A DNA stretch of 64,000 nucleotides from an uncultured Gammaproteobacteria bacterium (GTDB lineage: Bacteria; Pseudomonadota; Gammaproteobacteria; Steroidobacterales; GCA-2729495): contig CAWDHQ010000001.1 in assembly GCA_963802215.1 (NCBI GenBank), positions 2,216,022 through 2,280,021 on the forward strand. Direction: 5' to 3'. Positions 63,400-64,000 of the stretch are shown in pieces. Below the pieces are notes generated by a model, which had not been told where the DNA came from, searched no databases, and saw only the letters and a program-made list of their open reading frames with translations. The first letter of the stretch is position 1, and every line of letters starts with the position of its first letter. The position numbers were made by a program, and so were the translations under genes.

Positions 63400-63780
63400 A
63401 CCTGGCGCAAAGTTGAGCTCAATTCCGTTGCCTGCTGGGTCTGCAAAGAAGATTTGGCGGTGACCGATGCCAGGAATCGTGTCGGTCGTGTAGGAAACCT
63501 GGTGTCGTTTCAATGCATCTTCGAATTGGTCAAACTCGGAGCACGCAAGAGCGACATGATCGAGGGTGCTGGCGACATTGGGTGGATGACACTCACCCTC
63601 AAACATGACGGACAAATGGACGATGGGTCGGTTGTCCGCATATAGCCAGTATCCGCTACTGGCAAACGCCGGGCGGGGGCCGAGCTGTAGGCCAAGGACG
63701 GTTAAGTAGAAGTCTTTAACTTGGTCGATGACCGCAGACGACGCGCGAATGTTGTAGTGATCAATGCCGTGGACTGCCAT
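63394..63780 (-). CDS. VOC-family (glyoxalase/bleomycin-resistance/dioxygenase) protein
   Basis: 128 aa. IDHYNIR...LGL and DHVALAC...FFADPAGNGIEL are typical VOC motifs. Confidence 0.8.
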   Translation of the reverse strand: MAVHGIDHYNIRASSAVIDQVKDFYLTVLGLQLGPRPAFASSGYWLYADNRPIVHLSVMFEGECHPPNVASTLDHVALACSEFDQFEDALKRHQVSYTTDTIPGIGHRQIFFADPAGNGIELNFAPGA

Positions 63781-63827
63781 GATTGTCTTGAGTGGATCAG
63801 ATCGTGTTGAAGTCGACTGTGGATGGT

Positions 63828-63892
63828 GCCTAACGTCTACGCTGACCGGCGCGTGCCCTTCGCCGCGCGACCGGTCGAGCGTTTGGTTAGAG
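63828..63892 (-). repeat. attC site (65 nt) of the brnT-brnA cassette, copy 2
   Basis: Identical to 62685-62747 apart from the outermost core bases (GCCTAAC instead of CGCTAAC). Confidence 0.75.
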
Positions 63893-64000
63893 GCCGGTCC
63901 GAATGACGATCAGCATAGGTGTCCAGGAGGCTCCGAATCATTCTCTGATACGGCACCTTTGAGCGTGCGGCATGAGCCTTGAAGAAGTCGACGCTCTTCT
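63837..64000 (-). CDS. brnA: BrnA-type antitoxin, second copy (3' part; gene runs off right edge)
   Basis: 63830-64000 is base-for-base identical to 62685-62855, so the same reading frame and TAG stop apply. Confidence 0.75.
   Translation of the reverse strand, partial: KSVDFFKAHAARSKVPYQRMIRSLLDTYADRHSDRPLTKRSTGRAAKGTRRSA

Overview
High-GC proteobacterial chromosome; the gene content (acetylornithine-carbamoyltransferase-type arg cluster, ExeA/GspB, cytochrome c4, FadE) looks gammaproteobacterial, Xanthomonadales/Nevskiales-like, but that placement is inference only. Positions 1-50.2 kb are core genome. They carry qor, a ferredoxin reductase, gshA, a REC/GGDEF-EAL signalling pair, mdh, fadE, three mevalonate-pathway genes plus ispA, gspA/gspB, a DAK2-DegV fusion, an ABC-2 exporter, nudC, an argR-argG-X-argC-argD-argF'-argB-argH cluster, two glycosyltransferases, polA, engB, cytochrome c4, dsbA, moaED and sugE. 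This part is punctuated by a palindromic REP-like repeat (GTAGGAGCGCCTTCAGGCGCGA) that sits on stop codons. From about 50.5 kb the GC content drops visibly and the content becomes accessory. That part holds a PEP-CTERM-type protein, a large serine recombinase that reads into a 3' fragment of tRNA-Arg(CCG), a P4-type tyrosine integrase, and from about 56.5 kb to the window end a run of small minus-strand ORFs. These ORFs are separated by RYYYAAC...GTTRRRY sites, at least four of which fold like integron attC sites. The array carries a BrnT/BrnA toxin-antitoxin cassette present twice, a VOC cassette, a D-Ala-D-Ala ligase cassette and an IS3-family element inserted in an attC. No intI lies in the window; it would be expected beyond the right edge. 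The candidates most worth follow-up are the P-loop gene of unknown function inside the arg operon (which has no argA/argJ/argE in the window), the cassette array, and the orphan FlhC-like regulator pair. Many long ORFs in the track are antisense or out-of-frame shadows typical of high-GC DNA and were not called.
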